DNA of 63,454 bases, the filler included, from Octopus bimaculoides (taxonomy: Eukaryota), in the NCBI RefSeq assembly GCF_001194135.2. It is 9 parts of 8 records of this genome, joined end to end, with 100 filler letters (N's around TTAATTAATTAA, not from the genome) between each part and the next. Parts side by side here need not be neighbours in the genome. Positions count along the whole stretch, not along the records: positions 46,037 to 56,735 come from NC_068994.1; positions 56,836 to 63,454 come from NC_068986.1; 7 more parts are not named here. One strand, written 5' to 3'. Position numbers and translations under genes: made by a program. The notes beneath the pieces were generated by a model, which ran no database searches, was not told the DNA's origin, and saw nothing but the letters and a program-made list of their open reading frames with translations. Of the stretch, positions 52,286-63,454 are shown one piece after another (position 1 is the first letter of the stretch; each line of letters opens with the position of its first letter).

Positions 52286-52670
52286 TTTTTACTTATGTTT
52301 CTGGGTTTCATACCACCTTAAGAAAGTGTCTTTTGTAGCTTTGGATTGGTGGGTGGAATTTAGTTAATAGAAACTGTATGGAAGCTGTTTGTGTGTGTGT
52401 GTGTCTCGGTGATTTATGTGTGTGAGATATTTGATAAATCCAGGTTTCCAAATGAAAATTACTCGAGGTTTTATGAGTTATGCAGATTATATCTTTTTCA
52501 CCCTCACCAATTTGGGGAACCAGTAATTGACTAGTTGGAAACTTACACTCAATGCCACTGTTGTTCATGAAAATGTGATTTAATATGAAGAAAAATATAA
52601 TAGATGATAGTTTCTATGGCTGGCCACTAAATATGAGTTTTTACCTTTTCAGAAAACAAACCTGTGAAAG

Positions 52671-53894
52671 ATGTCTATGATGGAGCAAGCTGCAGATGGA
52701 GATGTAATGTCTTCTCAGACAACTTCTAATTCTGAAGCATCCGCGGAAGGGAATTTTACAGAGAGTGAAAAAAGTAGTGTAAAAAATATGAACGAGACTT
52801 CGTCAGCTGGAGATGTGGATAAAGAGACAACTGCGATGACTGAAGTTATGGATCCTCTCACTTGTACTGTTTGTAAAAAATCTTTCAATGATTCTGCCCT
52901 CTTGCAAAAACACATTAAAACACATTCAGTAAAGAAACCATTTGAGTGTGGCATCTGCTCAAAAGCATATGCTAAGTTTTCACAATTAAAGCTTCATACA
53001 AGATCACACACTGGCGAGAAACCATACAAGTGTGATTATTGCTGTAAATGTTTTGCCTGCAGTTCAGATCTGCGCATCCACACCAGAACACACACTGGCG
53101 AAAAGCCGTATGAATGTGGTTACTGCCATCAAACTTTCTCAACCTCTACGAATTTAAAAACTCATATTAGGCGACACACGGGAGAAAGACCTTTCCAATG
53201 CGATGTATGTGGCATCGCATTTACAACTTCATCTTCACTAAAGATCCACACACGCATTCACACTGGTGTGAAGCCATTCACCTGTTCAATCTGTCAGAAG
53301 ATGTTTTCTGATGGTTCTCATTTACAACGTCATTTACGGACTCACACATCGGAGAAACCTTTTCGTTGTGTCATCTGCGAAAAGAGTTTCTCTACCAGCA
53401 CACACCTGAAACATCATATTTGGACTCATACAGATCAGAAACCGTTCATGTGTGACATGTGCGACAAATCCTTCCCAGACAATTTCCAATTGAAACGTCA
53501 CATTCAGACACATTCAAACGAAAGACCATATCAGTGTTCGGTCTGTCTGAAATCTTTCTCTACCAGTACCAACCTCCGACGTCACGAGTGGACACACACT
53601 ACCGAGAGGCCCTACATATGTGATATCTGTGGTAAATCTTTCTCCACTAACTGTAATTTGTTACGCCATACTAAAATACACTCTGACCAAATTCTATCAA
53701 ATATTAATGTGAAGCAAAGCTCAGCTGCTCCTAGCGAGGACAGCAAAGAGACGGCTGAGGTGAAGGTGGAGGAGAAAGTAGAGTGTTCCATCGATTTGCC
53801 ACCCACAGGTTCTGAAGATGTTACATCTGATCCACAGGATATATCTGCTGCATTAACAGAAGACTCTCCACTGCTGAAAATTTACTATTGGTAA
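52671..53894 (+). CDS. C2H2 (Kruppel-type) zinc finger protein, 407 aa, 10 tandem fingers
   Basis: Uninterrupted ORF with ten CxxC-x12-HxxxH fingers joined by TGEKP-like linkers, and acidic low-complexity N- and C-termini. An acceptor (ttttcAG, 52652) and an in-frame TGA (52665) lie upstream of the ATG, implying a 5'-UTR intron. Confidence 0.95.
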   Translation: MSMMEQAADGDVMSSQTTSNSEASAEGNFTESEKSSVKNMNETSSAGDVDKETTAMTEVMDPLTCTVCKKSFNDSALLQKHIKTHSVKKPFECGICSKAYAKFSQLKLHTRSHTGEKPYKCDYCCKCFACSSDLRIHTRTHTGEKPYECGYCHQTFSTSTNLKTHIRRHTGERPFQCDVCGIAFTTSSSLKIHTRIHTGVKPFTCSICQKMFSDGSHLQRHLRTHTSEKPFRCVICEKSFSTSTHLKHHIWTHTDQKPFMCDMCDKSFPDNFQLKRHIQTHSNERPYQCSVCLKSFSTSTNLRRHEWTHTTERPYICDICGKSFSTNCNLLRHTKIHSDQILSNINVKQSSAAPSEDSKETAEVKVEEKVECSIDLPPTGSEDVTSDPQDISAALTEDSPLLKIYYW

Positions 53895-56398
53895 ACATCA
53901 TGGTGACTTTTTTTTTTTTTTTTTTTTTTTTTTTGTAAAATACTGAATCCAGCTCATCAAATTACACAGTGAAGTGCTCTGCCTAACCCCTCCATCCCAC
54001 CACAGTTGGTATACTGTGCAATAGAGAATCAAACAGAGTTTGTAATGGTCACAAATCTATACCAAGGTATTTCTGTTACATCTCTGTTATTAAGAATATC
54101 CATTGGCATCCAACCTAACTTCGTGTGTTGTGCAACAATGTTACATAACACTTTGTCACTTCTCTCTCTCTCTCTCTCTCTCTGCATATATAAAAAGATA
54201 TATAGATATATCTATTTGGAAATGAAAACTTGTATGAATGCAAATTTCTCATTGTATAGAACTAATTTTNNNNNNNNNNAAGATTAAATACGTGTATGTT
54301 GAGAAATACTTCTTTTTTTTCTTTTTTTTTGTATGTCAGAAATTTTTTTTTTCTCATGTCAGAAATACTTTTTTTTTTTTCCTCAGAATTATGATGAAAT
54401 TTTCTTATGAGAACGGGTGAATAATTAAAACGAAGTACTAGTGTAAATCTTACTGCTATACAATAGTATTACATCTCACTAATGTGCAGTGTTACAATCC
54501 TGCTGCAACTCTGTTACAACACTACCTCATGACCATACAGTATTAGAATTCTCTCTAGCTGCCATACACTGTAACCCTCCCTTCCAAGAGAGCATTTATA
54601 TGGTTGCTTGATCTACTAGAAATAGCAACCAAATCTCCCTCAAATTACACCCTACCATTTTAAGTAAGGAAAGCACATTAAATACAGTCTTATGTACTTC
54701 TAAAAAGATGGGATAGTAACACCTGAAATGTTTTTTTTGTTATAGGTCAGCTTGATCCAGGGGCTAAGCATTTACAACCCCTTACTACTGTAATATAATA
54801 CCCCTGTTCTATTATTTCTTTTTTTTTTTTTTTAATAATTTCTATTGACAAACCATTTGGATAACATGTCTTAATTAACAACAATAAGGAAGCCATATCT
54901 TTTATATTTTAAATACAAATGACTATAGTGACTTCTCTCTCCATGACTGGATAGAGCAATTTATGCCATCTAAGACTGTTTATAGGGACCTAAGTTAAGG
55001 CGCTACAATGAGTTCAATCCCTGTTATATCCATCATACGGTATCTTTATACTAGAAACATTACTCTGATCAATGCTGGTTGACTGCCTACATCAAAAAAC
55101 AAAAAAAAGATATGCTCCAGTCCTGCATTAAACTGGGATGGTTAGTGATAGAAAAGCTATCCCAGCTGGTTATAATTCATATGGAGGTAGCTACATTGGC
55201 AAACATCCAATGGGAAATGAGAAAATGGATATAAGCTTTTTTTTTTTTTTTTGTTAAATATATTCAATTTGATACTCTCTCTCTCTTGAGTCCCAGCTCT
55301 GTGAATATATGATTTATACTATTAACTCTGGTATGTCTTGTTGAAATATTCTATGCAGCTTATGATGCTTTTCCCCTCCTCACCAAGGTCTTGACTGAAA
55401 TGAAAATGCGACATGGAAGCAATCTTGACAAATTTCCTTTTTTTTTTTTTTTTTTAACTTTATTTCAATCATCACAGTCGAATATTTTGTTAATGTAAGT
55501 GAGAACGGAACAGATTGTCTTTGTAATTCAAGGAGTACTAGTTTTATCTAATATTATTGTTATTTTATTTATTTTTGTTACGTAAGTTCTATTGGTAGCA
55601 ACCAACCTATGGGAAAAAAATATGCAAAACTATAAAATATTTCAAAACAAAAAAAAAAGGCAATCTCCGGTTTGTGTATTCATTAATGTATATATTAGAT
55701 TTATTTGGGGCAATGCTCACAAACCTGAAATAAACAGGAAGGCACCGATTAAAAGCTATCATTTATAAAAATTGTTAAACGATAATCTAGAATGAAGAAT
55801 TGTTTCGATATTTTAGTAACATTTTCTTGAATTATGTCATGTGTTACGTCCCTTTAGGCAAGGTACACTACTCTTCATGTCTTGAAAAAAGTAACAAACC
55901 CAAACAACTCATCTTTCTGTAAACATGGATATATGGCAATTTTTGGACTGTGTAAAATTATCCAACTCATAAAATTACATACGAAAGGAAAAAGAAAAAA
56001 AAAAGAGAGGTGTATCAAGAAGAAATTTTAAAAAGTTGTTAAAATCCTAACATTTCTATTTATCAATGGTTTGACCTATACACGGAGTAAAAGGATCTGG
56101 TCAAAATTTGGAAGGATGCAGAAAAATATCTGAATAAATTTCAATGACTCACCATTTTGTCTTTTCTCTTTCAGCATTTGCATTTCTGTCTTTATCTTTT
56201 CTATGAGTGAAAGAACCAATTCCGTAGCTTTTTTCTGCTGGAAAAGAAAAATTTGATGTACATGCATGTATGACTATAGACATAAATGTATATAGATGGA
56301 TACACATACTTGTAGCAATATATATAGCTCCTGTGTTTTTGTTTTTTTTTAATGTGGAATTCGTGCAAACCATGTATTGTGTTATTAACCAGATGTAC

Positions 56399-56404
56399 AA
56401 TAAA
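56399..56404 (+). other. Candidate polyadenylation signal of the zinc finger gene (long U-rich 3' UTR)
   Basis: AATAAA followed by U/GU-rich sequence about 2.5 kb after the stop. Other AATAAA hexamers occur earlier. Confidence 0.3.
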
Positions 56405-56484
56405 GCTATGTAATGTTTTATATATTACATACTAATTGATAATGTTTTTTTGTAAATTTTATTTTGATTAATATGAATATATAC

Positions 56485-56700
56485 TCTTTTACTCTTTTAC
56501 TTGTTTCAGCCATTTTAACTGTGGCCATGCTGGAGCACCGCCTTTAGTCGAGCAAATCGACCCTAGGACTTATTCTTTGGAAGCCTAGTACTTATTCTAT
56601 CGGTCTCTTTTGCCAAACCGCTAAGTTATGGGGGACGTAAACACACCACCATCGGTTGTCAAGCGATAGTGGGGGGACAAACACAGACACACGTACATAT
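56485..56700 (+). mobile_element. SINE family D copy
   Basis: Same core as 38638 and 59391. Confidence 0.85.
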
Positions 56701-56939
56701 ATATATATATATATATCATCATCATCATCATCATCNNNNNNNNNNNNNNNNNNNNNNNNNNNNNNNNNNNNNNNNNNNNTTAATTAATTAANNNNNNNNN
56801 NNNNNNNNNNNNNNNNNNNNNNNNNNNNNNNNNNNCAAAGTTGACCTTGGCGCGTCTTGAAATGAGAAATGCTGCGAAGCATTTTCTTTGGCATGTTAAC
56901 GGTTCTGTCAGCACATTACCTTAACAATGGCTTCATATT

Positions 56940-57105
56940 TTAGCACAAGCCTAGCAACCTCAGGGGAGCGGTAAGTCGATTACATTGACCGCAGTTTGTA
57001 ACTGAAGCTTATTTTATCCCACTCGAAAGGATGAAAGGCAAAGCCGACCTCGGTGGAATTTGAACTCAGAATGTAAAGACAGACGAAATGCCGCTAAGCA
57101 TTTTG
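56940..57105 (-). mobile_element. SINE family A copy
   Basis: GAAAGGATGAAAGGCAAAGCCGACCTCGGTGGAATTTGAACTCAGAATGTAAAGACAGACGAAATGCCGCTAAGCATTT. Confidence 0.8.
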
Positions 57106-58214
57106 AAATTCATCTTCAATCAGAAAGCCATACAGTCCAAATGTGTATCAGTGATGTCGTTCTAATCTCCCACTAATGCTAAAGGACGGAACGTCCTTAT
57201 GAAAACCTCTAGATGTCTGAAGATATTTGTGTGTCCCACCCCTGCCAGGATTTTGGCAACTACTTGTCTGATGGCATCCACTTCGCTAGTGTTGGCAACC
57301 ACTGCTTACCATCCAGTTCCAGGAAGATCGATCGTATCTTGAGACCTAGCTCTTTCTGAAACAGCATCGTCACTCTACCCTACCAGGTCGGCTAAGAAAT
57401 GTTTTGATCTCAAACCTGCCAAAATTAGGCACCAAAGCGCGTGTCAAAAATCCTGGTCTTTACTGATGGTTATCACATCTTTAGCTAGTGACTTGAGGTC
57501 ATTGAACAGGCATCCCTGCATCCAGGGAAATCCTAGGTCAGTTGCATTTATGAACGCCTCTCTCAAAGATGGCATGTTCGTAGGAAAGAAGGATTTTTAT
57601 TTTGTAGGTAATTGGATGTATCAAAATCTCTTTACAGTATGGGGTCATTAGGGAAACCCTGAAGGTGTCTGTTCGAAGTCATGATGCTAGGGTTTCCAAC
57701 GTCATGTGGGAACCACCTTCTCATTTTTCTTTCGTGTTGTTTGTCAGTATTACCAGTTTCAAGTCATCAGGGACTTTTATTGAGGGCTTTTCTTTCTGTT
57801 TCTATGTCTCCATTTTGTACTATATAAGACCACAGAACTTTACCAGCACAAAGTTTGATCTGATTGCGATTCATTGTTGTGGATGGAGTTGTGTATTTAG
57901 TTGGTGTTGTTGTTCTGGATGTTGTTTGTATAGTGTGGTTGTCTGCCCGTTTTGTTACTGTGAGTTCGTTGTTGCGTTCGTCAGTTTTCTTTCGTTGCTG
58001 TTGGTGGAGGTTGTGGCAGTGATAGTGTGCTTGTAGTTGTTCTGGATTTGGCGGTGTTTGGGATCGAGATGGAGTTGATGCTGTTTTGTAACTTACTCCT
58101 TTTCTTCTTTTTTTTTTTCAGTTTTTATTTTTCTTGACAGCTTTCTCTTCATTGCAAGAGGTTGTCGAGTTGGGATATTTCCTGGGTAGCGATTTTTGTT
58201 TTGTGAGGATTATA

Positions 58215-58244
58215 ATCATGATGATGATGATCATCGTCGTCGTT

Positions 58245-58302
<58 letters not shown>

Positions 58303-58722
58303 TCGTCATCCTCATTAACGTCGTCGCCGTCGCCGCATACTTGGTGGTTGTGGTGGTGGTAATGGTGATGTTAGTGGTTGTCATTGTGGTCATCATTATT
58401 CTCTTCGTCCTCTTCCGCCTCGTCGTCGTCATGGTAGTGGTTTTAGTCGTCGTTGCCGTCATCATTGTCACTATCATTCTTATCATTCATCGTGACTACC
58501 AAAACCACCGCCACGATGATCATCATTACTAACATTACTACAATCAAAAGTAGAACCACCTCCACCATCACTGCTACCCTTACTACCATGATCATCTTCA
58601 CCACTCATCGTCATCATCATCACGAAGACCAACACCACTGCCACCATTACCACCACTACCACCACCACAACCACCACCACCTCCACCACCACTGCCACCA
58701 CCACCACCACCACCACCACCAC
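58215..58722 (+). repeat. Compound trinucleotide repeats (GTC)n/(GGT)n/(CAT)n/(CAC)n
   Basis: Direct inspection. These give rise to spurious poly-T, poly-V and poly-H ORFs. Confidence 0.9.
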
Positions 58723-59390
58723 NNNNNNNNNNNNNNNNNNNNNNNNNNNNNNNNNNNNNNNNNNNNNNNNNNNNNNNNNNNNNNNNNNNNNNNNNNNNNN
58801 NNNNNNNNNNNNNNNNNNNNNNNNNNNNNNNNNNNNNNNNNNNNNNNNNNNNNNNNNNNNNNNNNNNNNNNNNNNNNNNNNNNNNNNNNNNNNNNNNNNN
58901 NNNNNNNNNNNNNNNNNNNNNNNNNNNNNNNNNNNNNNNNNNNNNNNNNNNNNNNNNNNNNNNNNNNNNNNNNNNNNNNNNNNNNNNNNNNNNNNNNNNN
59001 NNNNNNNNNNNNNNNNNNNNNNNNNNNNNNNNNNNNNNNNNNNNNNNNNNNNNNNNNNNNNNNNNNNNNNNNNNNNNNNNNNNNNNNNNNNNNNNNNNNN
59101 NNNNNNNNNNNNNNNNNNNNNNNNNNNNNNNNNNNNNNNNNNNNNNNNNNNNNNNNNNNNNNNNNNNNNNNNNNNNNNNNNNNNNNNNNNNNNNNNNNNN
59201 NNNNNNNNNNNNNNNNNNNNNNNNNNNNNNNNNNNNNNNNNNNNNNNNNNNNNNNNNNNNNNNNNNNNNNNNNNNNNNNNNNNNNNNNNNNNNNNNNNNN
59301 NNNNNNNNNNNNNNNNNNNNNNNNNNNNNNNNNNNNNNNNNNNNNNNNNNNNNNNNNNNNNNNNNNNNNNNNNNNNNNNNNNNNNNNNNT

Positions 59391-59609
59391 ATATATGTAT
59401 GTGTGTTTGTGTCTGTTTGTCCCCCCAACATCGCTTGATAACCGATGCTGGTATGTTTACGTCCCCGTAACTTAGCGGTTCGGCAAAAGAGACCGATAGA
59501 ATAAGTACTAGGCTTCCAAAAAATAAGTCCTGGGGTCGATTTGCTCGACTAAAGGCGGTGCTCCAGCATGGCCGCAGTCAAATGACTGAAACAATAAAAG
59601 AGTAAAAGA

Positions 59610-59612
<3 letters not shown>
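59391..59612 (-). mobile_element. SINE family D copy
   Basis: Reverse complement of the 56485-56700 core. Confidence 0.85.
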
Positions 59613-59653
<41 letters not shown>

Positions 59654-61264
59654 GTAATTATTAAGTTGAGGTTATCCTTTCATGACCACATAATCACTTC
59701 TACGTTATTTAATATCTAATTAACATAGTTTAGACATAATTCTTCGTTAGTAGTTCACAATATCAGGAAGGCTACGTGTGAAGACAAGAATGACCATAGT
59801 AATAGTTATATGTGATTTCATATACTTTATTGACTTGCATCGTTCAATGGAATAATAATCATGAAAAAAATGAATATATAATAGGAATCTTCGGTGATAC
59901 AACATGCTAGATAAGATGAAAGTAGTCCATAGTTACTGGAGGCAAAATAAGAAGAAGGAATTAAATCTAAAGCATATAATCAGTGAGCGGGATTCCATGC
60001 AACAATTAAAGGTTGGTATTTTTGTGAAATGCGACAAAAGCATGTTAAAATAAGGAAAGGTAAAAGAGAGCTTGAGATTAAACTTTCTGAGAAAAGTGAC
60101 AAAGTTTCATCTGGATGGCCGAGTGACTCTAGTCTGAAGCTGAATTGGCCAGATTTTTATGACTGTTAGCCAAATTTTCTGGAACATTTGATCAATCAAT
60201 CCGACGGGAAAACTCGCATTCTTTTTTTGAAATTCATCACATCAGCCATAAAATATCAGCCGGTCTTAACTGGTCGAGATTCACGTAGGCGTTAATACTT
60301 TTATGGAGACATATTGCTTGTAGTTCGAAGTCCAGAGCTGGAAAAGTTTGAGAGCGATGGTTCAAAAGTCTGCAGGAGTAAAAGTATTGTACCTGAATGG
60401 AGGACTCTTATGGAATAAAATGCATGGCGTTCTCCAAGGAAATAATCTTCATTACACAGTATTTAAACATGAAGCAAACACAAAGAGCAATTATTAAAGT
60501 CGTTTTAAATGCTAAGAGTCACTGTCTCAGATGGCGGGCGACTTTGCTCCACAAATACTCGCACAGAGACGCACACAGATATAAACACACAGACACACAC
60601 CTACACAAACACATACAGAGACGCACGTTGACACATTCACACAAGGACACAGACACACAGAGATACACACGGACACAAGCATATAAACACACACACACAC
60701 ACACACTCACAAACACACACGTACATGCACATACATACACGCGGTGGATCTCCGTCATTTGAGGTTGAAGATTCAGTTGTTCCGTAAACTGAATTACCTG
60801 CCCCTAAATTAATGTATAAATGATTGAGTATTACACTGTTATGTGATTCGCAGGCAGATTCAGCGTGACACGGTGTGTGATAAGGCTGTACTTTTCGAAT
60901 TACAGCTCCAATCCACCCGAGGTACCTAATCAATAGCATAGAGTTGATATATAAAATCATAAATTAAGCTAACACCATAGTGGATTATTTAATTTGCATG
61001 TTCGTGCTTTTGGCGGTTCGTTATCTCCGAGGAATGAGCAACATACCGTGTAACGGCTCGTCAAGAAACTTCTGTTTTTTCCTGTGCGTCAAAATCACAG
61101 AAGAGTTGTATTTGCATTCTTATTTTATCTACAGTGAAACTGTAATAGTTTAATGTATTTCACTTCAGATCCGCGCTGTTCTGCGCTTAAAATACATATT
61201 GTTTAATACACGCATATATCTACCCTCTCTCCCTTCCCCCCTCATTCCCTCTCTCTTAACTTTT

Positions 61265-61615
61265 GTCCGCTACTTGCATGGATAATCTTAAAAAAAAAAC
61301 GATAAACGTCGCCCTTTCAAAGCCTAGCCAGGCTCATGGGCCCGGTTTCCCGGTTTCTATGGCGTATGTGTTCCCCCACCCCAGCTGGACGAGACGCCAG
61401 GCCATCGCAGCGTTACTCAAGAAACAGGAAGAAAGAGTGAGAGAAAGTTGGGGCGAAAGAGTACAACAGGGGTCGCCACCACCCCCTGCCGGAGCCTCGT
61501 GGAGCTTAGGTGTTTCGCTCAATAAATACACACAACGCCCGGTCTGGGAATCGAAACTGCGATCCTCCGACCGCGAGTCCGCTGCCCTAACCACTGGGCC
61601 ATTGCGCCTCCACAT
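61265..61615 (-). mobile_element. tRNA-derived SINE (family B), long copy
   Basis: Minus-strand A-box TGGCCCAGTGG and B-box-like GTTTCGATTCC, followed by a long core. Confidence 0.75.
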
Positions 61616-63000
61616 GGATAATCTTAGTCAAACCTTTTCAACAGATATTTATATTTGTTATGCTGACTTCCTCTTTGAGATAATTCCCCTTTTGTTAAAA
61701 GAAACATATTCGGCTGATTGGCAAAGACTCACTCACTAAAACACAGTTTCTGTTATCTTTTCTACCGCTACCTCAACAGTTTCTTTCGTCTGTTACAGCA
61801 AAACCTTTTCTAGGTACTTGCGATCTACTAGCATGTTACCGAGCATGAGACGGCAAGCAGAGCTGTTTTGACCCCATTTATTCAGCGTCACTGATTTGAC
61901 TCTGACTTATTTGACATCAGACCTTTTAATGATTCTCTCGTTCTATCCCTCCCTCCATTTTTTAAATTTAAGCGTGTGAGTATATTTATGTGCACGAGGA
62001 AAGGGAAAGTGTTTGTCACTCGTCTTTCATTGCTTATGTTAATCATCTTTCTCCCTTTCCCTCCTCTCCTCTCCCTCAATCTCCCCTCTCCCTCAATCTC
62101 CCCTCTCACCTCTCCCTCAATCTCCCCTCTTACTCTTCCTCTCTCCTCTCTTACTCTCCCTCTTTCCCCTCTTACTTTCCTTTCTTACTCTCCCTCTTTC
62201 TATCTGAATGTGTATATTTCTGCGCGTGCGTGTGTTTGCTTCCAGCGCTAAAAAGTACCGTCACCAAAACTAGCTGTACCAAATCGTATGTGTCCCAACA
62301 TTCGCGCCAAATCACCTCATTCCGCTTCTTATTTCATCATCCCTATTAATGCGTATGACAAAACGCTTTACCCACTCCATCATCTCCAGAAATCTATTCT
62401 CAGCAAACTTTGATGAACAAAACTTTAAACTGAACATCAGTCGCATCGGCTTCTCCAGTGAGGGAGGATTTGCAAAAGCCACGTGAGAATTAGCAGACAG
62501 ATCAATAATATTAACTAAAATAAAGAAAATACAAAACAAAATAAGCAAAAAAACAAACAAAAACAATTATGTAATCAAACAATTTTATTTAAAAGATCGA
62601 ACTTACTGACCTGTTTGTTATAGGTAACACATTTTTTAATAAGTTAGAGGTATGTATAATAGCAGGCTTTATAAGAAGTTAGACGTGAAAAAATATATTT
62701 AAAAATTTTTTAAAGAAAATGGTAAACCGCCCCTTGACCATAAATAATGATAAGAAAGAGAAGTGGCATAGCAATTAGATTATATTGAATAAAAGAGTTA
62801 TGTGCAAGTCATGTCATTTCGATGCTTTGAATAGTTCAGTAGAAATGGTTAGAATTTGGAACAACAATTGGTGTTTAGAGCTCACAGAATACAAAAATAA
62901 TCAACCTTTTCAATGTTGTTTATTTTTATTTGTTGTATTCATTTAGATGGAATGTTGGAAATAAATTTGCAAAGACCGAGAAATGTCATGATTTGTGGAA

Positions 63001-63047
<47 letters not shown>

Positions 63048-63454
63048 TAATAATAATAATAATGATAAAGTATTCATGCCTTGAAAAAAACACACATACG
63101 CACATATATAGACATATATAGATTTAGACATACAATCATTTATATGAACAATAAAGACAAATATAAACATGCATACAGGCATATATATATATATTAAAGT
63201 CTGTTAAAGTCTGTCATACCGGCCATGACGAAGGGAAATAGCCCTGAAACTCGAGTCGCCTTTATATATATATATTTATATTTATATATTTATATATTTG
63301 ATCCTTTATATTGAACACTCAATATTTCATCTACATTCAATACTTTCTTTCATGGTGCCATCCATTTTTATTTTATTTTATTTTATATTGTATATTGTAT
63401 ATCATATTATATATTGTATATTCCATATTCTATACCCCACATTAGTTCTGCAGG

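Noticed and set aside
57100-58100. Possible gene or retroelement ORF
   Set aside because: There are multiple stops in all frames and no motif I could recognise. It is probably an old repeat, but I cannot support a call.

Overview
AT-rich, microsatellite- and transposon-dense animal genomic DNA with many assembly gaps. The repeat families and the C2H2 gene type suggest a coleoid cephalopod, probably Octopus (inference, not a database result). Two host genes are well supported. (1) A minus-strand GH18 chitinase-family gene: six exons (7655 down to 332) join in frame with GT-AG sites and encode the C-terminal half of the catalytic barrel plus a Ser/Thr-rich linker exon that the ORF track misses. 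The N-terminal exons are not visible, and the 3' end probably lies beyond the window start. (2) A plus-strand single-exon CDS with 10 tandem C2H2 zinc fingers (52671-53894). There is also an orphan C-type-lectin-like exon (44091-44217, minus) with a decayed duplicate beside it, and a compact promoter-like motif cluster near 45.8 kb. The rest is fragments of Tx1-, RTE-, CR1-, Penelope- and R2-like retroelements, Tc1/mariner/maT transposons, several SINE families, a foldback element with a telomere-repeat palindrome, and simple repeats. I see no clear new biological system. The best leads are a stop codon embedded in a chitinase splice donor, a pre-miRNA-like hairpin, the orphan lectin exon and the symmetric promoter.
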